A stretch of DNA of 64,000 nt from an uncultured virus (IMG/VR IMGVR_UViG_3300024303_000041) (lineage: Duplodnaviria > Heunggongvirae > Uroviricota > Caudoviricetes): the IMG/VR virus record IMGVR_UViG_3300024303_000041; one strand, written 5' to 3'. Numbering within the stretch: position 1 is the stretch's first letter; every line of letters begins with the position of its first letter. The notes under the pieces are model-generated. The model saw nothing but the letters and a program-made list of their open reading frames with translations. It was not told where the DNA came from and made no database searches. Made by a program: the position numbers and the translations under genes. Shown in pieces: positions 51,600 to 61,653 of the stretch.

Positions 51600-51985
51600 G
51601 AAATGAAAACCAAAGGAGAACGAAATAATGAATTGGCATACACAAGAGCTGTACTTATGGCTCACAAATGATGAAAGATACTATGAAGTAATGCAAGACT
51701 ATTGTCGCACTGCAAAACAATTTAAACGGTTCGCAGGTAATAGGTTGAACTGGATTAATAAACGTATTGGAAATGAAAACAGACACATTGATGCAAATGA
51801 AATTAACTGGAATGAAATCTACCTTGCATTTTGTGAACTTGTTGGAAATGAAAATCCAAAAATGAACTTAACCTAGAAATGAAACACACCTAGAAGGAGT
51901 TTAGAAATGAACAAAGGAACCGTTTTAAAAATGAACCCCGAAATGAACATAGAAATGAACGGAAAAATGAACGTAGAAATGAACC
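51600..51985 (+). repeat. Oriented AAATGAA motif cluster (about 12 copies) including a 12-nt tandem
   Basis: Copies in coding and intergenic DNA; five at 12-nt spacing, 51928-51984. Confidence 0.7.
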
Positions 51986-52480
51986 ATCGCATGACACTAT
52001 CCACCGAAACCATAATCCGACTAAAAAACCGATTAAACTTTACTAATTTTACCTCCAGTTTATGGACTGGAAACCGTAAATACTGGATAGAAGGAACATT
52101 CTATCATCACAAAGACCCTATACTGAAATTCAAAATCAATTGTGAAAGCAAAATCCATGCAATGGGAACATTACAGAAAATAAGGAGAGCATAAGTTTAT
52201 GAAATACAATTACGGAGTAGTCGAAAGAAAAAACGGTGTCATAGTTAAAGCTCCAGCTTTAGCTGACATTGTTAAAAGAGATGTAAGAAACGGTAAATGG
52301 AATATTTATCATGGAGGAGATGAAAAACACCCTGCAAGAATCAGTTACGAATCCAAAAACTTTACTCATGGTGAGCATATGTTCATTGTAGGCAGTAAAA
52401 GGGAAATTCAATTTTTTGAAAAACTAATCAGCCAGTATATTAAAGTGATACCTAGAGTATTTAAAGAAGAAACTACATAA
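51628..52480 (+). CDS. Three small early-type genes (51628-51876, 51907-52194, 52199-52480)
   Basis: AGGAG RBSs; first has LWLTNDERYY motif seen in small phage early proteins. Confidence 0.6.
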
Positions 52481-52654
52481 AATTGTAACATGGAGAGAGT
52501 ATATAACTCATATCTTTTTATGATTGCTTTTGTTTTGATATGGATATTCTCTTCATAAAATTGCATTGTTTTACAATTGGGGATTTATATGCTTCTTTAA
52601 ACTTTTACAACTCCAAAAAAGAAGCACTATAAAACCCCATAATTTTAACTATTT

Positions 52655-52916
52655 TTTACTTACCATAAACTTAAAACAAAAATTTACCTACCATATACTT
52701 AAACTAATTTTTTACCTACCATAAACTTAAAAATCTAGGTACCAAATGTCTTAAAATTTAGGTACCATATACTTTACCTACCATATACTTAGGTACGAAC
52801 GACTTAGGTACGAAAAAACTTACCTACCAACGTCTTAAAAATTTTTTACCTACCATAAACTTAGGTACCATATACTTAGAAAAAAAATCTGAAAATTTAC
52901 CTACCATATACTTAGA
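52655..52916 (+). repeat. Non-coding array of about 12 degenerate (TTACC/TAGG)TACCATAWACTTA repeats
   Basis: TTACCTACCATATACTTA, TTACCTACCATAAACTTA, TAGGTACCATATACTT variants, all same orientation. Confidence 0.9.
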
Positions 52917-52939
52917 AGCTCCCACGCTCTCACGCTCCA

Positions 52940-53415
52940 CCAATGGAACCACTGCAAACCATCACAACCCCCGGAACCATTGCAGCCAATGGAACCAATT
53001 ATATAATAATATCATTGCAGCAACTCCAGGAAACCAATATAATAATATTAATATGATCAACCCGCCGGAACCTGGAACCAATGAAAAAAATTTTTATGAT
53101 GATCAACCCCGGCGGTAAACTATTATTGGAACCATTGCAGTATATTATATTTTTTTTATGTAAGTATGAAAAACACGCAAAACCGAAAGATTTATATAGT
53201 AGTTCTAAGAAATAGAATATCAACAAGACGGAACCCAGACGGGAACCAGTCAAGGCACAACCCGGCGGGGTGTAAAAACCACCACCGGGAGAAGTAACCG
53301 GCACCGGTTAAAAAGAATATACTTTTTAACCCCTGGAACCTTTGGAAGTTGTGGAAGTTATCAAGGAACCCCCGCAACCGCTGCAACGGGAAAGGGAAAA
53401 AAGCCGGAACCCAGC
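52940..53415 (+). repeat. GC-richer non-coding tract with about 11 co-oriented GGAACC motifs
   Basis: GGAACC counted by eye; also repeated CATTGCAG and GATCAACCC. Confidence 0.7.
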
Positions 53416-53575
53416 CACCAGCACACCGGGCAATATAAAAACAACAATTTTAAAACATTATTTGTTTTATTAATTTATTTTTATAACCTCCAGGAGCTGG
53501 AAAGGATTAAATTTATAAAAATTGGTATTTTTATTTTTTTAAACCATTAATTAAATTTAAAGGAGTTGTAAAACA

Positions 53576-53806
53576 ATGTTTAAAGTAAAAAGAGATTACC
53601 AGGACGAAACCAAAGAAATATTAAAAAAATTAAATAGTAATTGGTACAATTACAGTTATATTCATATTAAAGTTAATAACAACAGTGAAGACCAATTAAT
53701 ATTAAATGACAATGAAAAAACCACCATTAATATAAATTTTAGACTTACTTTAATGGAGTTACTACACGCTTTTTATGATCATTATAAAAGCTATGATTTT
53801 ATTTAA
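53576..53806 (+). CDS. Hypothetical protein
   Basis: GGAGTTGTAA leader. Confidence 0.6.
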   Translation: MFKVKRDYQDETKEILKKLNSNWYNYSYIHIKVNNNSEDQLILNDNEKTTININFRLTLMELLHAFYDHYKSYDFI

Positions 53807-53891
53807 ATTTTAAAATTTTTTATAAACCAACCATGACCAGCACCAGGACAGCCACCACCACAAAATAATAAAATAAGTGGAGTTGTAAAAA

Positions 53892-54689
53892 ATGCAAAGT
53901 ATAAAACAAACAAAAGCAATAATAAACCAAAGCACCCCGACAGAAGAAAACCCAATAATAATAAAACCCTTTGAAGATTACAAAAGCTATAACAAATATT
54001 ATAAAGCCCGCGTAATATATAACACTAACTTTATAAGACCCCAAATTTATATATGCCGGTCTTATAATACAGATATTGCAATATTTAACCGCATGAACGG
54101 GACATTATTATTAAATATTGAATGGTACAACAGCAGCAAAACCACCGCCGCACAGCTAGACCATTTTATATTTAAATATTGTTTTAAACCAATAAGAACA
54201 ATTTATTTAAAAGAATCCATTTTTAATGAATTAACCGCCGCTTTTTATGGGTCTGATATTGGATTATATGAGAACAAAGAGTACAATATAATAAAATTAT
54301 ATGAACATGATAAAAACATCATGGAAACTTTAAAGAATCCATTTTTAACACTTCCTGAAAAACTGGAAGAGTTAGAACCATATGTTAATTTAAATATTGA
54401 TGCTGGGAGAGAATTTAAAACCACTACCGAAAGGATATTTATTTATACTGCTAGTAACTCCAGAAGCAATATAAAATTTAAAATAATAAGACGCTTTAAA
54501 AAATATAAGCAAGTTAAAAACTATCATAAGAAAATAACCTATGAAAAATTAATACTTCCAGATGAACCAAATTTTTATAATGACCCTAGAAAACAAGCCG
54601 ATAAAACATTATTTAACGGCTATGATATGGGAGTTACAAACACTAAAGATTTAAGAAAACAAACATTTAATAATTATAGAATGTTTTAA
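53892..54689 (+). CDS. Hypothetical phage early-type protein
   Basis: GGAGTTGTAA leader; SYNTDIA...SKTTAAQ motif. Confidence 0.65.
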   Translation: MQSIKQTKAIINQSTPTEENPIIIKPFEDYKSYNKYYKARVIYNTNFIRPQIYICRSYNTDIAIFNRMNGTLLLNIEWYNSSKTTAAQLDHFIFKYCFKPIRTIYLKESIFNELTAAFYGSDIGLYENKEYNIIKLYEHDKNIMETLKNPFLTLPEKLEELEPYVNLNIDAGREFKTTTERIFIYTASNSRSNIKFKIIRRFKKYKQVKNYHKKITYEKLILPDEPNFYNDPRKQADKTLFNGYDMGVTNTKDLRKQTFNNYRMF

Positions 54690-54710
54690 AACCATTGGAG
54701 GCGTTAAATA

Positions 54711-54907
54711 ATGAATCAAAATATAAACAATTTTTTAGTATTAACATTAATTTTATTTATGATCGAAACCGTACTAATTTTTATTATTTAAAGGAGTTGT
54801 AAGCAATGAAAAATAATAATTTAATACTAACCGCAGCAATAACCAGCATGATAATAAATAGTTTAAGCTTTTTAATTATTGCATATTGGTTTTTTTACTG
54901 CTTTTAA
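54711..54907 (+). CDS. Two hydrophobic micropeptides (54711-54791, 54806-54907)
   Basis: Each has a GGAG(G) RBS; 26 and 33 aa, single-TM-like. Confidence 0.5.
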
Positions 54908-54991
54908 AATTGAAGCTATTTTAATATAAAACAAACCACCATTAAAAACCATCACTAATTTTAAAACAAATATACTAGGAGTAAAGAAAAA

Positions 54992-55231
54992 ATGAAAAAA
55001 TATAACCCTTTTAAAAAAACCAGCAGCAAAACCGCCCCAATAAGTGAAAAATTAACAGATTTAAAAAACTGGTATAAATCCAGCAAATACAATTATAAAA
55101 CCCGGTTTTATATAAACATTGCATCACCTAGAAAAACCGCAGCAATGAAAAACAAATTTAATAAAAAAAATATTCATTATTTTTATTATATGAATCCCAC
55201 CGCTGCAAACCTAGAAAAACAATTAATATAA
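54992..55231 (+). CDS. Basic hypothetical protein
   Basis: AGGAG RBS. Confidence 0.5.
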   Translation: MKKYNPFKKTSSKTAPISEKLTDLKNWYKSSKYNYKTRFYINIASPRKTAAMKNKFNKKNIHYFYYMNPTAANLEKQLI

Positions 55232-55341
55232 AAAAATTGGAGGACTGGAAAAAATGAATATTAATTTAAATTTATTCATGAAAAAAAATTTTAACAGACA
55301 TTTAAAAAATATGAATCATCAAACCAGAAGAACCCGCAACT

Positions 55342-55980
55342 CCATTGCATCAGTTAAAGCATATAGGCAAAGCATTTGCAGAAAGGTTTATCCCATACCT
55401 TGAAAGCCAATCCGATGAGTTATACGATTTGGAGGACTTAACAATAAAGATATTGGAGCAAATTGAAAAAGATTTCCAAGTTTCATTTAATCTGAATACT
55501 AAAATTAAACAGAAATTAACCAACCAAAGCAGAGATACTGGAAGTATTATAAAAACTGGCTTAAATAAAATGTTTACCAGTAGTTATAAAATCCCATATG
55601 GTCGCAGTCATTATGACATAGATGATTTTATAAACAGCACAGATGTTGGGGCTGTCAGGTGGCTTGATTATCAGCCAAAGAACAAAGTATTTATTATCAA
55701 GGTTAATGAGTTTGAACAAGACATAACAAAAATTGTGGGGGAACATAAACCAATAGCTGAAACAATGGAACTGTTAAACATCAAGTATGACAATAACAAT
55801 GGGAAAAACATTAAATTTAGAGGTATTCCAACAAAAGCAGTTAAATTGTCAATCTTTGATTTAACATACAAGTTATTTAATATAAGAGTATCAGAATTTG
55901 AAGAATTACAAGCCGAAGAAGAAGAAAAGGAACAGAGAGAAGCAGAAGCAAACCAAATACTAAACAGAGAATCAATATAA
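55342..55980 (+). CDS. 5'-truncated fragment, probable C-terminus of a Rep/helicase
   Basis: No RBS or ATG start, in-frame TGA at 55312; wHTH-like end; followed directly by iterons. Confidence 0.5.
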   Translation, partial: PLHQLKHIGKAFAERFIPYLESQSDELYDLEDLTIKILEQIEKDFQVSFNLNTKIKQKLTNQSRDTGSIIKTGLNKMFTSSYKIPYGRSHYDIDDFINSTDVGAVRWLDYQPKNKVFIIKVNEFEQDITKIVGEHKPIAETMELLNIKYDNNNGKNIKFRGIPTKAVKLSIFDLTYKLFNIRVSEFEELQAEEEEKEQREAEANQILNRESI

Positions 55981-55995
55981 ATGGTTGAAATATTA

Positions 55996-56325
55996 AAGGT
56001 AGTGCCTTTCTACCTACTTTCTACCTATTTTCTACCTAACTGGCTACCTTGAAAAACAAATCTAATAGCTCCAATGATTAAATAAACAATAAATAAATAA
56101 ATAAATGCTTATAAGTATATATTTATTTATAATTATACACCCCTATAATTGTTTGAGTTATTGGATTTAATAGGTAGTTTGCAAGGTAGAAATATAGGGG
56201 GTCTGTATTTTTTTAAAATTTCTACCTTGAAACACGAAAAACCATTAATATTGCTTCAATTGATAATTAGGGCAATATTAGGGAGTTTCCCAAAGTAGAA
56301 TTTAGGTAGAAATTGCTTCTACCTT
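55996..56325. repeat. Iteron-like CTACCT/AGGTAG repeats around an AT-rich core (putative origin)
   Basis: CTACCT at 56010, 56021, 56032, 56044 (about 11-bp phasing), more at ~56222 and ~56319, inverted copies at ~55997, 56172, 56184, 56304. Confidence 0.7.
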
Positions 56326-56600
56326 TGGTATTTTTTCATCTACTTTGGAAAATTATGTCTGCCAATGATTGTGCATACTACCCAAATTGTGAGTTATGCA
56401 AAAGCGGTGAAAAATGTATTTTAAAATTTCCAAAAGTCAATAAAGACATCTTAAAATTAATAATTTGGGAAATTGAATATAAACAACACCATAACAAACC
56501 AATTGAATTAAATAAAATACTGGATTGGTATAAAACCAATTATGGTGTTGCAGTTACCAAATCAGAATTACAATTATATACACCAAACATAAAATTATAA
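56313..56600 (+). CDS. Cys-rich small protein (likely start ATG 56355)
   Basis: CAYYPNCELCKSGEKC followed by helical domain. Confidence 0.5.
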   Translation: MLLPLVFFHLLWKIMSANDCAYYPNCELCKSGEKCILKFPKVNKDILKLIIWEIEYKQHHNKPIELNKILDWYKTNYGVAVTKSELQLYTPNIKL

Positions 56601-56605
56601 ACATT

Positions 56606-56779
56606 ATGAGAAGCCGGAAATATGAAGTTATGGGAATTGATGGGAAATTATTTAAAAGACTACAACAACAAGCCAATAGGGAAAACATCACCGTTGATGT
56701 TTTAGTACATCGATATTTAAGTTATGGCTTAACCAATTGGGCTGATGTTATAGCTGACTTTTACAAACCAATAAAATAA
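56606..56779 (+). CDS. RHH-like protein (57 aa, not in ORF track)
   Basis: YEVMGIDGKLFKRLQQQANRENITVDVLVHRYL. Confidence 0.6.
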   Translation: MRSRKYEVMGIDGKLFKRLQQQANRENITVDVLVHRYLSYGLTNWADVIADFYKPIK

Positions 56780-56813
56780 AAATTAAATTTACTAATGGGG
56801 AGAATTATATAAT

Positions 56814-56990
56814 ATGAAAACTACAATTAACATAGATGATGAACTATTAAAAGCGGTTAAAATAAAAGCCATCGATAATGAAATGACCATTACCGATTTA
56901 ATAACATTATATTTGAAATTTGGATTAACAAACCATATTAATAAAAAATCTGTTGAATTTAGATATAAAAAATTAATTAAAAAATCCTAA
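56814..56990 (+). CDS. RHH/CopG-like protein (58 aa, not in ORF track)
   Basis: MKTTINIDDELLKAVKIKAIDNEMTITDLI; GGGGAG RBS. Confidence 0.75.
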   Translation: MKTTINIDDELLKAVKIKAIDNEMTITDLITLYLKFGLTNHINKKSVEFRYKKLIKKS

Positions 56991-57754
56991 AAATTACCAA
57001 CCTTTCATTACCAACTTTCCTAAAAAATTACCACCCTGAAAAAATATTTTTTTCCTGATCCCCACGCACCACCTATGCGTTATCAGGATTTTTTTATATC
57101 ATAATATTTTTTTGGGGTTCTGGTTTGGGTTTGGTGTTGGATTGTATATTATTATTAATGATGGTGTTTGTGGTGTAGGGTTGAAAAACTGGTTTTTTAT
57201 GTGGTATTTTGTTTTACTTCTTATTATATATGGGAACTTGTTTTAGTGTTGTTTATTGTGCATCAATTTTTAATAGCTTATTCATCTTGTTTAGTGTTGT
57301 TATTGTTTGGTTCTTATTTTTTTTATCTTAAAAAATTTGGATTTTTATATAAATCGATTCATATATTATTTTTTTTTTAATTGTGGTGTTTTTAGATGGT
57401 TTTTTTATGGTGTTGTGGTTTGGTTTACTTCTTACCATTGGTACAATTTTTTTATTTTTGTTTTATGACTGTTATTTTTTCATCTAAAAAAAATTTGGCT
57501 TTTATATATTTGTTTTCTATATATACAATTTGTTTTTAAGTTATTATGGTTGCGATTGGGCTTATTTTATGTTTTCAATAGCTTTGGAGTTATTAACCAT
57601 ATTTACAGAAATATATATTAATGCTTCAATCCATACATATTAAACAATCACCACAAAAAACATAATAGCTTTAAAATTCCAGTTGTATTAATTTATTTTT
57701 CCAAAAGAGAGAAAAAAAAGAGTTTAAAACCTGATAATTAACATAAATAAAAGG

Positions 57755-58108
57755 GTGTTAAACTTGACAGACAACGGAGTTTATATATTTGATAGTGAAA
57801 CCGATTTTTTAAAAGTTATAGATGAATTAAGCAAAGAATTTAAACAATCAACAGCCAATAAAACCAATGTGATTTATATTTCAAAAAAATTGGAAACAAT
57901 AAACGAACTTAAAAAGGAAATAGCTATTTTAAATCTATTTAAAATCAATGCTTTTAATGGTTACAGAACCAATAAAACTATTAGGGTTTGTTTATCTGAT
58001 AATAAACAGTATATTCATATGACATATAGGTTTAATGCGGTTACTTGTGGTACAATTTACGATAAATTAAATCGTTACCTTAAAAAAAGGCAGAATATTT
58101 ATATTTAA
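57755..58108 (+). CDS. Hypothetical protein
   Basis: 117 aa ORF downstream of TATA-like box at ~57611. Confidence 0.5.
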   Translation: MLNLTDNGVYIFDSETDFLKVIDELSKEFKQSTANKTNVIYISKKLETINELKKEIAILNLFKINAFNGYRTNKTIRVCLSDNKQYIHMTYRFNAVTCGTIYDKLNRYLKKRQNIYI

Positions 58109-58126
58109 TAATGGTGGTGCTTTGGA

Positions 58127-58300
58127 ATGGTTGAACCGATTAATTATAATGGTGTTGATGGTGTTTTTATTCCTGCTAATGAGTTTGAATATATGAAAAC
58201 CACCATTAAAAAGAATGGGGAGTTATTAAACCAGTTATTAAATAAGTTTTCAGAAGAAAACCCAACAGATTTGTTTAATATTTTGGATAGTTTTAAATAA
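58127..58300 (+). CDS. Small protein (57 aa, not in ORF track), homologous to viral 47145-47330
   Basis: MVEPINYNGVDGVFIPANEFEY...; GGTGGTG RBS. Confidence 0.6.
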   Translation: MVEPINYNGVDGVFIPANEFEYMKTTIKKNGELLNQLLNKFSEENPTDLFNILDSFK

Positions 58301-58568
58301 ACAGATTATCCAACTTATTTTTTTTATTTTTCCTTTTGAATTGTACAAAATAGCTTTAAAATTTATTCTAAAAAAAAATTAAAAACCATATATGCTTTTT
58401 TTATATTATTCACCACCTAAAAAACTTGTACAACCCATATAAAAAATACACCCAAATATACGGCAATGTGTGTGCGGTTGCTTTTTCCAATCTTTGTGAT
58501 GTATTGGGTGTAACTTCAACCTATCAATTGTTAATGTTTCATATATTAGAATAGCCATAAAATACATT

Positions 58569-59222
58569 ATGGGGCTTGAAACTGGAATAATTAAAGGAAA
58601 TAAGACAAAATATTTTAATAAAACTGAAAACAAGGAAATCATTAAACATTCTAAATATGTAAACTTGGGAGTTAATAGTAACTTTAACATAGGTGATGAA
58701 GTAGTAGTATTATCTAAAAAAGAATATAACAGCATACTTAATGGCAATGATGATGTAGTAACATTAAACGAGAGAATAAAAGAATTAACTAATATTATTG
58801 ATGATAAAGACAATATGATTAACAATATTAATGGTGAGTTGGAGCAACTAAACAAAGAGATCAGGAACAACAATTCTGAAAACATCGGCAACATTGCCAA
58901 AATATCTGCATTAACAGAAGAACTTAAAACAGTTGAATTGGAATTAACAGAACTTAAAACAATACTTAAACAATATGATATTAACACCGCTGATGGTTTA
59001 AACAATCTGATTAAAGAGTTTAGAATAATATTAAACTATCTTAATGATTGTGTAATAGCATATGAGAAGCAAAACAGATTAAAAAGATTCTTAAAACAAA
59101 ATCCTACAATCGATATAGCTAAACCACCAACAAACCTATTGGATTATAGGGGCAACCCATATATTAACAATGATGGTGATTATATCAACACCAATGTTAA
59201 TGACTCCAATAAATCTGAATAG
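58569..59222 (+). CDS. Swapped-hairpin-like N-terminus plus coiled-coil protein
   Basis: KYVNLGVNSNFNIGDEVVVLSKKEY followed by long coiled coil. Confidence 0.55.
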   Translation: MGLETGIIKGNKTKYFNKTENKEIIKHSKYVNLGVNSNFNIGDEVVVLSKKEYNSILNGNDDVVTLNERIKELTNIIDDKDNMINNINGELEQLNKEIRNNNSENIGNIAKISALTEELKTVELELTELKTILKQYDINTADGLNNLIKEFRIILNYLNDCVIAYEKQNRLKRFLKQNPTIDIAKPPTNLLDYRGNPYINNDGDYINTNVNDSNKSE

Positions 59223-59594
59223 CTACAACCTAAATGATTAATTGGTTTTATGCTCCTGCTTTTACAGAATACTTATTTTATTTGATGGTTTATTAACTGC
59301 AATACTATTGGAGCAGTTGCAATATCTATATTATAACATTGTTAATTATTAGTTTACTTTAATCTATATTGTGCAGTTGCTATATATTAAATCACTTTAT
59401 TTTATTAATCTATTTGCCAATTACATTATAATTATAAATCCAATTGATAAAATCAATAGTTACACCCATTATATTTGCATATCCAACAACCCAAATATAA
59501 TTTACTTGAAACATTGGCAGTTACTGGAAATATTAACCATACTGTTTTTTTATCTGCTGATGATTCACCAGTACCATTGGCAATGGTGGTGATG

Positions 59595-60215
59595 ATTTCC
59601 CAAAGTTTTTATTATTTGGGAAATTTCCCAAAGTTTCCCAAAGTGTATGTTTTCCAAATTTTCCCAAATTTTGACAAAATTAATAATGTTAAACAATGTT
59701 TAATTTTTTATAATAAATTACCCTAAAACTTGAACAATTAACAATTAATAAAAGTCAGATTTAACCACCCTAAAAGTTGCCAAATTTGTTGAAATTTGCC
59801 CCATATCAAATGCAATTTTTATACTTTTTTCTTAATTTTTCAAATTTTGGGAAATCCAGTTATAGAAATTTGGGGCAATTTTAATGCAACTTTGGTGTAA
59901 TATTTCAATAGCTTTGGGGTTGGGGTTGTTATAATTCTTAATCCAAAGTATTAAAATTATTGTACAAGTTGGGGAAATGGTGGTTTATTGGTCGGCTTAT
60001 CTGTATGTCCAGACTACCACCAAAAATGGTGGAATTGTACAACCCATAGAATAATAGAACTTTTGGGGCAAAGTACCAAAATAATTAAAAGGTTCTTTGA
60101 TAATTTGGCAACTTGCCAAAAATTCATTATGAAACTTTTAAAATTTTGAAAATCAAGAAATTAAACAATTTTTAATATTTTGAACAATTACCAATATGGG
60201 CAGATTGCCAAAACT
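59595..60215. repeat. Non-coding tract with TTTCCCAAA/TTGCCAAA repeats in both orientations
   Basis: TTTCCCAAAG x3 and TTTCCCAAAT at 59595-59670; inverse TTTGGGAAA; several TTGCCAAA. Confidence 0.55.
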
Positions 60216-60331
60216 TCACAATAATTGTAATTTGGATTTTTCACCATTAGTGTAAATTTATAAATATGGATTATGTACAAAAATAATTACTATGGTAATA
60301 TGTACAATTACTATTTTAAAATAAAATTGGA

Positions 60332-60541
60332 TTGGTGGAAATTATGACAAATACAAAAAACAACAATAACATTAAAGAAATTAGAATTAATATGACCGTT
60401 GAAAATAAAGCGTTTATGGAGTTGGTCTGCACAAGTAAAGGAATCAATAAACACGAATATATTAACAACTTGATTGATAAGGAATTAAAAAAATCTAAAA
60501 TTAATTTGCCTGATGTACTGGCAGAACTTGAAAAATTATAA
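60332..60541 (+). CDS. RHH-like protein
   Basis: IRINMTVENKAFMELVCTSKGINKHEYINNLI. Confidence 0.65.
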   Translation: MVEIMTNTKNNNNIKEIRINMTVENKAFMELVCTSKGINKHEYINNLIDKELKKSKINLPDVLAELEKL

Positions 60542-60825
60542 AAAAAAATATATTTTTTCACACTGGTTGAAGTTTCAGGAATCAACACCAACAATGCTGA
60601 TGGGTTGGGCTTCTTGATCACTACGGAAAATATTAAAATTTTTATGAAATGTTTATAATTTTAATGGTTCATCTACATTAAGAATATTTTAAATTTTAAA
60701 TTGAATATGTACAAATTATTTTAATAAAAATAGCTATTGATTAATTAATTTTATTGTAATATCTGCCAATATAATTGGTGGGAATTTCAATTAAAATGAT
60801 AGTTACAATATGAGGAGTTGAAACA

Positions 60826-61653
60826 ATGGCGGAATATTACAGCCTTGAAAACAAAGAGCAAACAACATTTAGAATTGATAAAAATTTATATGCTGATTTA
60901 TCCAACTACGCTGATATAAAAGGATTACACAAAGCCGAAGCAATCAACGAAATATTATTTAAGTTTTTCAAAGGTACAACCTTAACAAATACTTATTTAA
61001 TGAATAGGGGAGGATTATATTTTAAAATCCCTTTGGATTTGGAAATAAAAAAGGAATTTATTAAAAATAAAACTAAATTAAATGATGATGCAACCATGAA
61101 CATTATTGGTAGTAATGCAACATCTGTGAAAATAAAAAGAATCCCAAATAATTTAGATGTTTTTATTGATGGTGGCAGTGTCGGGAGTTACAAAAGCACC
61201 AAAGATGGTGTTTTACATAGTGGAGTAGATTTTATATTTATTGCAGATGTATTAAAAAAACCAAAAACGATACCAAAAAACAAACTTGATATAACTTTAA
61301 CCGATAGCTTATATATTTTTTATTTTGAAGTTAAAGCAGATAACACAACCGATGTATATTTAATCAACCCCATTGAAGCCATTAATAAATTATCTGATGT
61401 AAACAATAGGATTGTTGGCGATAAACTGGCGGAAATTGTGGCGATATTGGAGGACACCCAACAAACAACCAACTACGAGTATAAAGCAACAATGGAGAAT
61501 TTATATAAAAATAATGATTATGTGAGCAGAAAAAAGGAAATTGAAGTTTTAAATACTTCTTGGCTATATATTGAAATGTTTTTAAAGGAAAATAGAGTAA
61601 TTAAAAGGTTTAATGGTGATAATATTTTAATTAGTCCATCAAGTCCAGAATAA
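60826..61653 (+). CDS. Protein with N-terminal RHH domain
   Basis: TTFRIDKNLYADLSNYADIKGLHKAEAINEIL; GAGGAG RBS. Confidence 0.65.
   Translation: MAEYYSLENKEQTTFRIDKNLYADLSNYADIKGLHKAEAINEILFKFFKGTTLTNTYLMNRGGLYFKIPLDLEIKKEFIKNKTKLNDDATMNIIGSNATSVKIKRIPNNLDVFIDGGSVGSYKSTKDGVLHSGVDFIFIADVLKKPKTIPKNKLDITLTDSLYIFYFEVKADNTTDVYLINPIEAINKLSDVNNRIVGDKLAEIVAILEDTQQTTNYEYKATMENLYKNNDYVSRKKEIEVLNTSWLYIEMFLKENRVIKRFNGDNILISPSSPE

Larger units (their letters stand above)
1..55340. mobile_element. Tailed archaeal virus/provirus (siphovirus-like), probable Methanobacteriales host; terminase lies outside the window
   Basis: Canonical gene order portal-head-neck-tail tube-chaperone-tape measure-tail tip-endolysin, opposed early block, pseudomurein-peptidase motifs, archaeal promoters; right boundary inferred from an abrupt change at ~55342. 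Confidence 0.9.

Noticed and set aside
52655..52916. Mini CRISPR array
   Set aside because: Repeats are degenerate and sometimes abut; spacers are 0-20 nt A/T tracts, not unique 30-40 nt sequences; no cas genes
52999..53386. Minus-strand ORFs 52999-53304 and 53192-53386
   Set aside because: Overlap the GGAACC motif tract, atypical composition, no RBS
57168..57380. Hydrophobic ORF as membrane protein
   Set aside because: Product of T-rich low-complexity DNA with TTG start
58406..59005. 199-aa minus-strand ORF
   Set aside because: Antisense shadow of the coiled-coil gene 58569-59222
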